Part shown: piece after piece, positions 38,906-48,540 of the stretch
Layout: each line of letters starts with the position of its first letter
How positions within the stretch are numbered: the first letter of the stretch is position 1
NCBI GenBank assembly: GCA_965203485.1
Contig: OZ241892.1
Location: forward strand, 1,984,001 to 2,048,000
Length of the DNA stretch: 64,000 bases
Source: Longimicrobiales bacterium
Lineage (GTDB): Bacteria > Gemmatimonadota > Gemmatimonadetes > Longimicrobiales > Gaopeijiaceae
Direction of reading: 5' to 3'
Notes under the pieces: generated by a model
What the model was told of the DNA's origin: nothing
Seen by the model: only the letters and a program-made list of their open reading frames with translations
The model's database searches: none
Translations under genes and position numbers: made by a program

Positions 38906-40144
38906 TCACTGTTCGCCCTTCTGTCGTTTGGATGTCTTCCAAAGGCAAACGGTGAAGCGGTGTTCCTCCGCAATGAACTTCGGCTCCGTGCCGTTGTGAG
39001 CCCTCATGCCCGGAATCATCTTCATCCTCACTCCCATCCCCCGTGCATCCACGTACCTGTAGTCCCTCATGATGTTCACCAGCGTCTGATTGCGAGCGTA
39101 CCGAGTCCCTCCCTTCATTCTCTCCACGGTCACGGTGTTCGGCAACGTGCCGGGACTCTCCACCTCCATGCGATCAGAGTAAATGGTCACGGCGACGTCC
39201 GTACCGGCGATGCTGTAGTCTCTGTGAACTAGAGCATTGACTATCGCTTCTCGAACTACCGTCTCCGGAAACTCCCATGCGTCCACACGCCGCGGGCCGT
39301 CCAATCGAGCCATTGCGCTTGTGTTGCGCCTGACGAAATCCCAGGTCTGCTCGACCATTCCGTTTTCGACAAATCCGTTGTCGCCACCGAGCGATACCAA
39401 GGGTCCCCGTATAACCTCGTCAGCGTGAGCGGGATAGTCGGGCTCTGCGCCTTCATAGCACACAGCCCTAACACCGGCCTGCGACAAATATCGCGCCGGC
39501 GTCTTGCCGAACAGAAGCAATCCGTCGACAGTCGCCAGGTGAACGCCGTCTGACTCCGTCATCAGCTCCAAGTTCGCTAGCAGTCCCTCCCAGCCTTCCC
39601 GATCGTCGTCTGCAGGGACATCGGCCCGAAGCAACCGCGAGCAGTAGTCCTGCAACCGTCTACGATCAAAAGCGGCTATGTCCGCACCGGGGACCGGCCG
39701 CAGGCCGTAACGCATGTATCCTGATGCCTGATACATGCGTCCGAGCTCCTCCCGGCTCGCTTCCCGGCTGCTGCTGCCAACACGGATATAGTACGTCTTC
39801 CCGTTGTTGTGAATCCGTGCGTACGGCTTGTCCGGTCCGGCCGATACGCGTATAGCCAAGACGTCCTTGCCTGCGGCCGCATTTCGAATCCACTGCAGTA
39901 CCGGCACTACGGGCGGCGCGATTTTGATCCGGCACAACTCTCCCACCCATTCCTCGAGTCCAGGCCGATTTACGCCTGATATGCTGCCGTCGTCTTCCAC
40001 GCCGAGTAGCAACGTACCTCCGTCCAGATTGAGAAATGCAACCAATTCTTTCGCCAGCTTGAAGTTACGCACATCGTCTCTCCTAAATTCGACAAGCGAA
40101 TCCTCGCCATTCCGCAATATATCAGAAAGCTCTACTCGATTCAT
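38906..40144 (-). CDS. AlbA/Schlafen-like domain + HATPase protein
   Basis: GEDSLVEFRR, VAFLNLDGGTLLLGVEDDG, REAIVNALVHRDY, SPGTLPN, RNQTL..VDARGMG. Confidence 0.88.
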   Translation of the reverse strand: MNRVELSDILRNGEDSLVEFRRDDVRNFKLAKELVAFLNLDGGTLLLGVEDDGSISGVNRPGLEEWVGELCRIKIAPPVVPVLQWIRNAAAGKDVLAIRVSAGPDKPYARIHNNGKTYYIRVGSSSREASREELGRMYQASGYMRYGLRPVPGADIAAFDRRRLQDYCSRLLRADVPADDDREGWEGLLANLELMTESDGVHLATVDGLLLFGKTPARYLSQAGVRAVCYEGAEPDYPAHADEVIRGPLVSLGGDNGFVENGMVEQTWDFVRRNTSAMARLDGPRRVDAWEFPETVVREAIVNALVHRDYSIAGTDVAVTIYSDRMEVESPGTLPNTVTVERMKGGTRYARNQTLVNIMRDYRYVDARGMGVRMKMIPGMRAHNGTEPKFIAEEHRFTVCLWKTSKRQKGEQ

Positions 40145-40744
40145 CTTTCGCACACCATTCTAAAAGCCGTACCTGGATCGCCGGATCTCGCATAGCTCGC
40201 TGGATTGACCTGCAGGACGCATCGATGGAACACGGCGCCGACTGGAGCACGAGGTTGCGCTCGGGCTGCTTCGTCATTCCTGGCGCCGCGGTTATCGAGA
40301 TGCCCGGCCCAGGCGATACTTGGACCAACCGACCCCCGGAGATACCGAGCACGCCGGGTCCTGGCTCCGTTAGCCCGGCGGGGCTGCCGACCAGCAGGCG
40401 CCGGGCTTAGCAGGTTGCTGACGAAGGCGGCGGCACTGGCCTCGACGATGGCTCGCATGGCGTCTCCTCTTCGGCTAGACTGGAGCGGCAGGACGCCGAT
40501 GGGGATCCATACCGTTCCGGCATGATAGCACGGAAGGCGGGCGATGTACAGAGCCGGATCGATTGGCCAATCGGCGGGGGCTCCGGGGGCGGTTCCGCGA
40601 CTCGGAGGTCGAACGAGTGGGCGCCCCGGGCCTGCTGCCGATAAGGGGCCGGAGCGTAGCGGACGGGGGCGGGCGGAGCGGCGCCGGGAGGCGGCGAGAC
40701 CTCCTCCGATTCGGCGGTAGTCAACGCGTTGAGGCGCAGACCCC

Positions 40745-41811
40745 CTAGTTCGACGGGTCGCCAACCCGCTCCAGCGCCAGCAACCTGATGACGCTCACGA
40801 CGTGAGAATCGAGCTCGTCTCGCTCGATGTACGCCATCAGCCCGTCGGCTCCGAAGGCGCGAGGAATGCGGAGGCCGTCAGCGGACAACGTGCCCAAGTA
40901 GGTACCGTCGGCGTCAAACACATCGGTCGGCCCGTCGGAGAACCGTCTCTTCCCGTGCGTTCGACCCAAATGCGGTCTTCCGAGTCCACGGCCATCCTGT
41001 TGATCACAGGAATCTGCTCTGCAAACGTCATTCGACTCGCGGCGTCGTCCTGGAGTTGGCGCATGAGCGCACGACGCGCCTGCTCGGATATGTCGGCTCC
41101 AAGGACTGAGACGCTCGCGCTCATTCTTCGGTCTCGCGCTGCTTGCTTGATCGCCGGCGTGTAGGCTCCTTGAGCTTCCTCCAACATCAAATCTTCAGCC
41201 TCGTTGGGAATATTCCATGCGGCATAGAACGTTTCTCGCGTTCCGTCCAGGGAGTACAAATCCAATGAACGGTTGGGTTCGTCAAATCGCCACTTCCGCC
41301 GCAAGAATCCGACCGTCGGGCAACCCCCGAAGCACGTTGCTTACTATATCGACTTGAACTCCAGCTTGTTCGACAAATCTCCGTCTGGTCCGAATACCAA
41401 GAAGGACATGTGCCCACGGTCGTAAACGACCAGTCGCTCGTCGCCTAGCGTGACCAGCGACACCGGTTGCCGATACTCGCCCGGCCCATCGCCCGGTCGC
41501 GATACCTCGTGGCACCGGCTTCCGTCCGGGGCCACCAAGACGACACGCCTCTGCACGATGTCCAGTACGGCCAAGTCGCCAGTTGCCGTGAAGGCCGCCG
41601 AATAGATCCCGTTAAACGACGCCCAAGCCGCGCCGGTGATGCCGCCCGCGACGAACACATCTTCGGTGACGGCCGCCATGGGCACGTCCGAAGCGGTAGC
41701 CCAGCTGGTGTCCGCGATGGAGGATTCGTACCTGGACGTATCGCTGTCGCAAGCCGCGACGACAACAAGACACGCAGCGATTGCTCCCCGTATCACAATT
41801 CGGAACCTCAT
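40745..41811 (-). pseudogene. Six-bladed beta-propeller lipoprotein, broken into three reading segments
   Basis: Lipobox VAAC, SRPGDGPGEYRQP, MAVDSEDRIWVER, DVFDADGTYLGTL. Stop at 41344 and a frameshift near 40950. Confidence 0.7.
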
Positions 41812-41854
41812 CGGTGGACGGAAGTTAGGTGCCAAGGGCAGATCGGCCACCTCG

Positions 41855-42127
41855 TCACGCGGCCTCGAATTCCAGCGTCGACAGCTTCACCTTGGACGAA
41901 CGGCGCGACAGGTGGAGCACTTCGAAGCCGACTACTTCGCCCGAGTCGCTGTAGTCGAGAACGATGCCCGGCGAGACCTCCTCCGACGTGATGGTCGTCC
42001 ACGGATGGGCTTGGGGTGTTCACGGCGCCAGGTCGTCGAGACCGAGGGGCCCCACGCCCGGGCCACGCGGACGTCGATCTCCACGCGCACTCCATGCGGT
42101 TGGCGTCGAGCAACGGGCGCGCACTCC
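41855..42127 (-). repeat. Deletion-compacted copy of 43747-44406 (DUF2283, DUF4258 and the methylase 3' end)
   Basis: 41855-41987 matches 43747-43879; 41985-42026 matches 43978-44018; 42028-42127 matches 44309-44406. Confidence 0.9.
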
Positions 42128-42149
42128 GCCCGCGCCGGCTGTCGAAGGT

Positions 42150-43307
42150 CTACCGGTCGGCAGGCCCGTTCGCCAAGTAGGGCTCCACGACCTTTACGCG
42201 CATGTCGCCCGCAGGCGTCTCGACCACCGCGTACACGAGATGACTGCCGCACACGGGGGACAGTCTGTCCTCGTGCTCGCCGACGGCGACGAGGCGGCCG
42301 GAGGACGCGTCCAGGACTTCGACGCGGTGGTCGAACGTTTCCCGGTGCCATGCCGGACGGGGGCTCATGGGAATGTCCGGACGCCAATCCGGATCCGGCA
42401 CCAACGAGTACGTCCAAAGAAGGCCGTCTTCATCCTCCCACACGTGATGCAGAAAGGCGGGAGGCGGAACGGACTCGTACACTTCGTCGCTGAACTCCGG
42501 ATAGGGCGGGAACCAGTCGGCCTCCCGCACCAGCGTGCGAATCAGGGCAACCGCAGGTCCGGGCGCCTCGGTCAAGCGCCACTCGTGGATGGCGTATTGT
42601 CGCCTGCTGGCTGTCCAAAAAGCAGGTTTGGTTCCTGGACGAGGGCTTGCAAGGGCGGATTCCAAATCTGGTTCCGCGCTCTTCGACAGGCTGAACGTCT
42701 CGGTCTCCCGGCCGGACGCGTCCATCAAGACGAACATGTCGTCTCCCACGCTACTCAAGGACTTGGCGAAGACGAAATCGCCCGTGGCAAGGCGAGCAAA
42801 CCGGCGAAACGGTCTCGGCATCGGAAACGAGCGCACGTAGTCGCCACGGGAAGTCAGCACTTGCATTCGGTTGTTCCCGTCGTCGGCCACGAACAGCGTG
42901 TCGCCCGGTCCTGCCCAGATGCGGACCATCCCCTGCACTTCGCCGGGCCCCTGGCCGGAGCGTCCGAAGCTGCGGACAAATCGTCCACCCGAGTCGTAGA
43001 CGAAGATCTCGCCGCCGCCCGCAACCGCCCCCAATACGAAGTCGCCCGTGCCAAGCTGGGCCACCATGCACCCGTCTCCGGCAGCCCTGTGCCACGCCGA
43101 GCCCGGGTCGCCGTCGTTCCCCAGCACCGCAACCGTTTGAAAGCCGATCTCGCAGTCCCGGCACACCGCCGATTCGTCGATCGCTTGCGTCTTCGCCGCA
43201 CCGGCTTCCTGTCCCGGCGGCGAACACCCCGCCGCCAGGGACAGAGCGAGTCCGGTCAGTCCTTTGCGTACCAACACGTACCCGGTTCGTGCAAATCTCC
43301 GTTGCAT
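42150..43307 (-). CDS. Six-bladed beta-propeller (NHL-like) lipoprotein
   Basis: Lipobox LAAGC, CRDCEI, FVRSFGRSGQGPGEV, DTLFVADDGNNR, EDEDGLLW, VEVLD. Start at 43307 or 43277. Confidence 0.75.
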   Translation of the reverse strand: MQRRFARTGYVLVRKGLTGLALSLAAGCSPPGQEAGAAKTQAIDESAVCRDCEIGFQTVAVLGNDGDPGSAWHRAAGDGCMVAQLGTGDFVLGAVAGGGEIFVYDSGGRFVRSFGRSGQGPGEVQGMVRIWAGPGDTLFVADDGNNRMQVLTSRGDYVRSFPMPRPFRRFARLATGDFVFAKSLSSVGDDMFVLMDASGRETETFSLSKSAEPDLESALASPRPGTKPAFWTASRRQYAIHEWRLTEAPGPAVALIRTLVREADWFPPYPEFSDEVYESVPPPAFLHHVWEDEDGLLWTYSLVPDPDWRPDIPMSPRPAWHRETFDHRVEVLDASSGRLVAVGEHEDRLSPVCGSHLVYAVVETPAGDMRVKVVEPYLANGPADR

Positions 43308-43459
43308 GGCGGACACGTGACGAGGCACTGGAGATCCCGCCTGCACGTCTTCTCCCAGCACAACCCATCGGCGCATGCATCTCTCGCGCCAATCGGTGGC
43401 ACCAAGGCCCCTCCTGCAACGACAAGCATCACGACGACACGTTTCCAGATGGACTGCAT
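43256..43459 (-). CDS. Small secreted Cys-rich peptide (67 aa)
   Basis: AAAGGA RBS, ATG, signal peptide, then a mature part with six Cys. A degenerate second copy lies at about 50007-50121. Confidence 0.6.
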   Translation of the reverse strand: MQSIWKRVVVMLVVAGGALVPPIGARDACADGLCWEKTCRRDLQCLVTCPPCNGDLHEPGTCWYAKD

Positions 43460-43474
43460 TGGGGAACATTCCTT

Positions 43475-43750
43475 TCATCTCGGGATTGGGGACGACGAAG
43501 GCATCCTTCCTTCGACGACATTGTGAAAGCTCGTCCGCGTGGCCCCGCCGGTCAAGTCGGGGTCGCGCCGAGGCCATGGTCGCGTGCATGGAAGGCCTTC
43601 GGCAATCCTTCGAGCACGCACCAGCGGGGCCAGCGCGCTCGGAAACGGCTCCGCGGCGATGCAGGAAGACACGGCGGAGGCGGTGGTGGCGGTGTCCGAA
43701 ATCGAGCATCCGGCGGCGGCCGAGGCAGCCAAGCAAGCCGAGAGGATCAC
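43475..43750 (-). pseudogene. Possible lipoprotein N-terminal remnant
   Basis: GTG overlaps the DUF2283 stop. Hydrophobic leader with AAAGC, then no recognisable domain. Confidence 0.3.
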
Positions 43751-43947
43751 GCGACCTCGAATTCCAGCGTCGACAGCTTCACCTTGGACGAACGGCGCGA
43801 CAGGTGGAGCACCTCGACGCCGACTACTTCGCCCGAGTCGCTGTAGTCGAGAACGATGCCCGGCGAGACCTCCTCCGACTCGGCGATGGTCGAGTCGTCG
43901 AGTCGCAGGTACAGCGCGTCGGCGCTCTTGTCGACATGCAGCTTCAT
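43747..43947 (-). CDS. DUF2283 domain protein (putative antitoxin)
   Basis: MKLHVDKSADALYLRL..SEEVSPGIVLDYSDSGEVVGVEVL. Confidence 0.9.
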   Translation of the reverse strand: MKLHVDKSADALYLRLDDSTIAESEEVSPGIVLDYSDSGEVVGVEVLHLSRRSSKVKLSTLEFEVA

Positions 43948-44223
43948 GTCTTCCCTTTCATTTTGCGGTCGAAGAACGACGTGATGATCGTCCACGGATG
44001 GGCTTGGGTGTTCACGGCCACGCGCAACACCCGACCATCCCGCTCTGGAATATGGCGAAAGAAACGCTCGACATCGGAGTCGTTGGGATCGTCGGATCGA
44101 AGGTCCGGATCCCGTAGGGCTCGGAAGACCCAGTCCACCTGGATGTCGCGCTCTGCCATTGCACGGCGCGCATGGAGGGTAACGGATGTCCGACGAGGGC
44201 TCCGGCGTTTGCTTCTTCTCCAT
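43944..44223 (-). pseudogene. DUF4258 domain protein (putative RelE-like toxin) with a 5' frameshift
   Basis: ATG 44223 gives MEKKQTPEPSSDIRY. The family-like TLHARRAMAERDI...GRVLRVAVN..IITSFFDR is in another frame from about 44180. Confidence 0.65.
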
Positions 44224-47200
44224 CAGCCCAGGGTCTTGAGGCGCCGACTCAAGCGAGTGCGGTAGGCGGGCGGGAGGGCGTTGGCGGTGAAGTCCTCGTA
44301 GATCACATCCAGGTCGCCCGAGCCGAGACCGTAGGCTCGTGCCACGCGGGCGTCGATCTCCACGCGCAACTCCATGCGGTCGGCGTCCAGCAACGGACCG
44401 CACTCCACACCGGTTTCGCGGGCGAAGTCGGCGAAGCGGTCGTCCACGGCGGAGAGACGGGCGGCGGCTCGGGCGATTTCGGCGAAGTCGTCGTCGGTCA
44501 TGGAAGGCACGTAGAAGCCTTCGAGCAGGAAGAAGTTGACGTGCAGTTCGATGAAGCGGCGGGCCTGCCAGTCGAAAGGCAAGCTGTTCATGACACCCAG
44601 ACAAGCGGCCCGCGCCATTGCGTCGCCGGTCGGAAATGACAGATGCGGGGCAGTATTTGACAAAAAGACGCCTTTCGGAACCAAGCAGGCGATCACGGTG
44701 CGGGAGGCTGTTCGGTGAGTTACGTCGTGGAAAGCGATCCGGTGGCGGTCCGTTTCGGTGCGAACCGACTGGCTCCGGGCGTAAGTTGATAGATCCTTCG
44801 CAAGAATGGATCCCGTCCCGGGCCGCGGCTTATTGACCTTGCGGGTGAGGGCGCTAGTTTCTGGAATGGAACGCTCCTTATAGCCGTGCGGATCATACTG
44901 GTGAAAGCTGGCCCCCTTCCAGAGGCGAGCGGAACCTTCCCTTTGCCACAGCCCTTTGTCGTTGGTCTCGTGTAGTTCGGCGACCGGAAAGCACGACCAT
45001 CGGCCGTCCGAACCATAAGGAAAGAGGCTACCTGTCCGTATGCGGGCCAACACTCCGGCTTCCGCTTGAGACTTCAAGAGAGGCGTTTCCCGCCCCGGTC
45101 CGAGGGCGGTTCTCCTGACCCGAATGCCAGGCCCAACCGCCTGTCTCCTCCAACTTGTCTTTGAATCGGCGATGCCCGCAATTGTTACTTCCCCCCCCCC
45201 CCCCCCCCCCTTGTCTGCTGGGTGTCGTTCTGCTATAGTAAGCGCAATGGAATACGAAGGAGTGCTGTCAAATGCCCAGCGGCCCTTGTTCAGGATAAAA
45301 TCTATGCGATTCGGCGTGCAGTCGGAGTAGAGCCATTCTCTGAAGCCTCGAGAACCTCGTGCATTGAACGCCGTCCTCGGCAGTACCACACCCAGATGAC
45401 TGCGGAATCGTCCTAGCATGCGATAGCGTTGGCAGAAGTACTTGTACAGATCCGGATCGCCACCCACCGGCTTGTAATCGCCGCCAGCCAAGCCCTGCCG
45501 GTAGTCCTTGAGCTGTTGTCGTCGCTCGGCCAGTCGGTCTACCAGCTCCGGACGCTCTCGCACCAGTTCGTCCATCGCCTCCCGCCGCTCTTTCTCGGCC
45601 AAGGCCGTTATCCCGGGCCGGTACTCCCCGTAGAATGACAGCTCCTCGACCGTCACTTCCTCCCAGGGCGGGTTGCCGACCACCGCGTCGAACCCCGGCG
45701 ACGACCGCGAGAACACCTGCGGGAACGCCAGCGGCCAGTGGAGGAAGCGATGTCGGCCGGCCAGCTCGCGGGCCCGGCGTGCAAGCGCGGTCCGGCGTTC
45801 GCCCGAGATCACCGTCGCGCCGTGGGTCGCCACGTGCGCGCGGGCGCCCACGAGCCCGAACTGCTCCGCCGTCCACAGGTCGAAGAGCCGTTCGATCCCC
45901 TTGGTGGCGGCCCACGCTTCCTTGTCCGCCGCTTGGCTGGCCACCACCTCTTCGGGCGTGCGGTCGTCGATCTCGGCCAGCTTGCGCACCGCCGCCGTGG
46001 CCTCGTCCAGCGCGTGGCGCAGGGGTTCCCGAAAGAGCGGGGCCTCGTCCAGGAGCGGCTTCGGGTCGCCCACGCCGATCAAGGCATCGCCCGCCACCAC
46101 GTTGCGGCCCAGGTACGCCAGCGACAGGCCCGGCACGAACGACGCCAGCCACAGCGACAGCGTCGCCACCTCGACGCCCATCTCGCTTCGGTCCACGCCG
46201 AAGACGCAGTGCTTGACGATCAGACGGCGGAGCAGGGCCGCGTCTTCGCACGCCACGCCCGGGGACGCGCGGCTGCGCAGTCGCTCCAGCGCGTCCAGCA
46301 ACGGCGGCAACGGGCGCTCGGCCAGGAAGCGAACGGTCATCTCGGCCAGGGTCTCGGCGACCTGCACAAGGAAGTGGGCGCTGCCGCACGCCGGGTCCAC
46401 GACCGCGAACGAGAGCAGCAGCTCGGCCGCCGCCTCCGGGTCGGTCTTCGCCTTCTCCGCCACCGCTTCCAAGTGCCGCTTGAACGGCGGCTCCACGGCC
46501 CCCTTCACCAAGTGGCGCACGATCTCCACCGGCGTGTAGTAGACGCCTCCCGCCTTGCGCCCGCCCGCATGGGTCTGCCAGAGCAGGCCGCCCGGCTTCA
46601 CTTCCGCAACGCCCGGCGACGCCGCGCTCACGTAGCGGTCCTTCTTGGCGTCGTAGCGGAGCGGCCGCGTGGCCAGCGACAGGCGCAGGCCCAGCAGGGA
46701 CTCGTAGGTGTGGCCGATGTGGGCGATCTCCAGCGTCGAGAAGTCCACGCCGCTACCCTGCTCGGCGTCGTGGCCGACGGCGGCCAGCACGCGCCCGAAC
46801 TCGGGGTCGCGCAACTCCATGCGCTCCAGCAACGCGGCGCCCGCGAAGTCCTTGGCCGCGAAGAGCGCGCCGTTGTAGGCGGGCACGTCCCAGGCGGGAT
46901 TGCCGACGCGCATCGCCTTGACCAGCCGCACGAACCCGTCCCACAGCGCGGACGACGCCGGGCTCAGCTTGTCCTTGGTCCGGTGGGCCTCGGTCACGAG
47001 CGCCGACAAGGACGCCTTCTTGTAGGACTCGTTGTTCATCGGCAGATGGTCGGCGGCTTCCGCGAAGAGAATGAAGACCGCGCGGAAGACCAGCGTCATC
47101 GCCGCCTGCTCCATTTCCTCGCGCCGGGCGTCGTCCTTCAAGTCGAGGCCGTGCTCCTTCGCCCAGCGCTCCATGCCGACGGCCAGCGCGGGGAGGGCCT

Positions 47201-48122
47201 CTTGGCGGATCGTGCGGTCCAGGCGGGCGTGGAGCTGGACGCCGAAGTTGACCGCTTCCTCCTGGAGCTCGGCGAAACCGCCGCCGACCAGGGACGCGGG
47301 CGCCAGCAAGGCCAGGAAGGCGCGCCGCTCGTCGTCCAGCAACGCGGCGTCCAGTTCGAGCCAGTGGCCGGTTCCACCGGGCGACTCCACATCGAACAGG
47401 CGGAAGCATCCGCCGAACGCGAGGAGCCCCCAGCGGGCGCCGCGCTCGTGGCAGTCCGACGCCAGCAGTCCCTCGGGCGGGCGGCCGTCCGGGTCCAGGC
47501 GCGCCAGCGCGCTTGCCGTCTTCTTGGGATGCACGACCGCCACCGGCTTGCCATCGTAGGTGGCCAGGTAGCCCCGGGGCGTGAGGCGTTCCAGGCCGTA
47601 GCCGAGCGCTGAAAGCGTCTGGCGCCACGAGCCGGGCGCGGCCGGGACGCGGGCCACCGCACGGCCAGCGGCGCTCCATCGGACGGGGTCCCCCTTGAAG
47701 CGGGATTCCAGGGTGTGGCGGGTGAGGAGGCCGTTGATGGCCAGCCCGTCGCCTGCAACGCGGTTCAGGTCTGCCGCCAGCCGGCGCACGGCTTCGAGGG
47801 ACGACAGATCCGCCAGCGCTTCTAGCGTCCTGGCCAGATGCCCGGCGTCCACGGAGCGCACCGGCCCCTTGTGGGTGATCGGGCCGAGGACCCGGAGACG
47901 GCTTGGCCGTTGCGCGTCGTCGGCCAGCAGGAGGCAGGGCCGGGTGGCGCTGGCCGGGCTTTTCCGCCATTCGGCTCGCATGGCGGCGGCGGCGCTCGTC
48001 GGCAAGACCGCAAGTTCGATGCCGCCGATCGTTGCGCGAGGACCGTTCTCGGCCCCGTGCACGGCCAGCGGCCGCGCCGCGCCTTCACGCAACAAGTGAC
48101 GGATGACTTCGTGAGCGGTCAC
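44223..48122 (-). CDS. Type IIG / Eco57I-like N6-adenine DNA methyltransferase (about 1300 aa)
   Basis: YNGALF, IGHTYESLL, RKAGGVYYTP, VDPACGSAHFL, FLHWPLAFP, FDAVVGNPPW, DLYKYF, C-terminal EIDARVARAYGL. Confidence 0.92.
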   Translation of the reverse strand: MTAHEVIRHLLREGAARPLAVHGAENGPRATIGGIELAVLPTSAAAAMRAEWRKSPASATRPCLLLADDAQRPSRLRVLGPITHKGPVRSVDAGHLARTLEALADLSSLEAVRRLAADLNRVAGDGLAINGLLTRHTLESRFKGDPVRWSAAGRAVARVPAAPGSWRQTLSALGYGLERLTPRGYLATYDGKPVAVVHPKKTASALARLDPDGRPPEGLLASDCHERGARWGLLAFGGCFRLFDVESPGGTGHWLELDAALLDDERRAFLALLAPASLVGGGFAELQEEAVNFGVQLHARLDRTIRQEALPALAVGMERWAKEHGLDLKDDARREEMEQAAMTLVFRAVFILFAEAADHLPMNNESYKKASLSALVTEAHRTKDKLSPASSALWDGFVRLVKAMRVGNPAWDVPAYNGALFAAKDFAGAALLERMELRDPEFGRVLAAVGHDAEQGSGVDFSTLEIAHIGHTYESLLGLRLSLATRPLRYDAKKDRYVSAASPGVAEVKPGGLLWQTHAGGRKAGGVYYTPVEIVRHLVKGAVEPPFKRHLEAVAEKAKTDPEAAAELLLSFAVVDPACGSAHFLVQVAETLAEMTVRFLAERPLPPLLDALERLRSRASPGVACEDAALLRRLIVKHCVFGVDRSEMGVEVATLSLWLASFVPGLSLAYLGRNVVAGDALIGVGDPKPLLDEAPLFREPLRHALDEATAAVRKLAEIDDRTPEEVVASQAADKEAWAATKGIERLFDLWTAEQFGLVGARAHVATHGATVISGERRTALARRARELAGRHRFLHWPLAFPQVFSRSSPGFDAVVGNPPWEEVTVEELSFYGEYRPGITALAEKERREAMDELVRERPELVDRLAERRQQLKDYRQGLAGGDYKPVGGDPDLYKYFCQRYRMLGRFRSHLGVVLPRTAFNARGSRGFREWLYSDCTPNRIDFILNKGRWAFDSTPSYSIALTIAERHPADKGGGGGGEVTIAGIADSKTSWRRQAVGPGIRVRRTALGPGRETPLLKSQAEAGVLARIRTGSLFPYGSDGRWSCFPVAELHETNDKGLWQREGSARLWKGASFHQYDPHGYKERSIPETSALTRKVNKPRPGTGSILAKDLSTYARSQSVRTETDRHRIAFHDVTHRTASRTVIACLVPKGVFLSNTAPHLSFPTGDAMARAACLGVMNSLPFDWQARRFIELHVNFFLLEGFYVPSMTDDDFAEIARAAARLSAVDDRFADFARETGVECGPLLDADRMELRVEIDARVARAYGLGSGDLDVIYEDFTANALPPAYRTRLSRRLKTLG
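45191..45210 (-). repeat. G20 homopolymer on the coding strand of the methyltransferase
   Basis: Twenty consecutive C on the + strand. Reads ..DKGGGGGGEV.. in frame. Confidence 0.95.
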
Positions 48123-48156
48123 GATGCCGACGCGGCCGGGGGAGTTGCCGTCGAGC

Positions 48157-48540
48157 TCAATGGAACTGCTTGGTCGGCAAATGCCTTCCCACGTAGCCAA
48201 TCTCGATCATTCTTCCCGCCGATTCCACGCGAAAGTGAATGCGGCAACTCCCAGCGCTCACGTGCAGCTTGTAGGTCTCCTTCTTCCCGTGCCGATTGCG
48301 ATGAGCCCGCTCTTCACCAAACTGATCCATGGTTGCCGGGCCTTCCGACCGCACGCCGGCCAAGCTCGGCGCCGCACCGCCTTCACGGCGCCATTCACGT
48401 AAATGTCGAAACGCCAACAAGCCTTGAATGACGCTGCTTTTGCCAGTTCCGTTCAAACCGGCAAGAAGAGTGATCTTGCCAAGGCTAAACGTCGCATCGG
48501 AAAAACACTTGAAATTGAGCAATTGAAAATCGCTAATCAT
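48157..48540 (-). pseudogene. AAA/DUF3696-type ATPase N-terminus fused by deletion to the C-terminus of a downstream gene
   Basis: LLNFKCF..ITLLAGLNGTGKSSVIQ, then within about 40 aa ERAH..LHV..CRIHF..IEIGYVGRHLPT. Only 127 aa in total. Confidence 0.7.

Noticed and set aside
41855..44406. Duplicated segments considered as a shufflon or DGR template/variable pair
   Set aside because: The copies are direct, not inverted. Differences include deletions and are not adenine-specific, and no invertase or reverse transcriptase is present.
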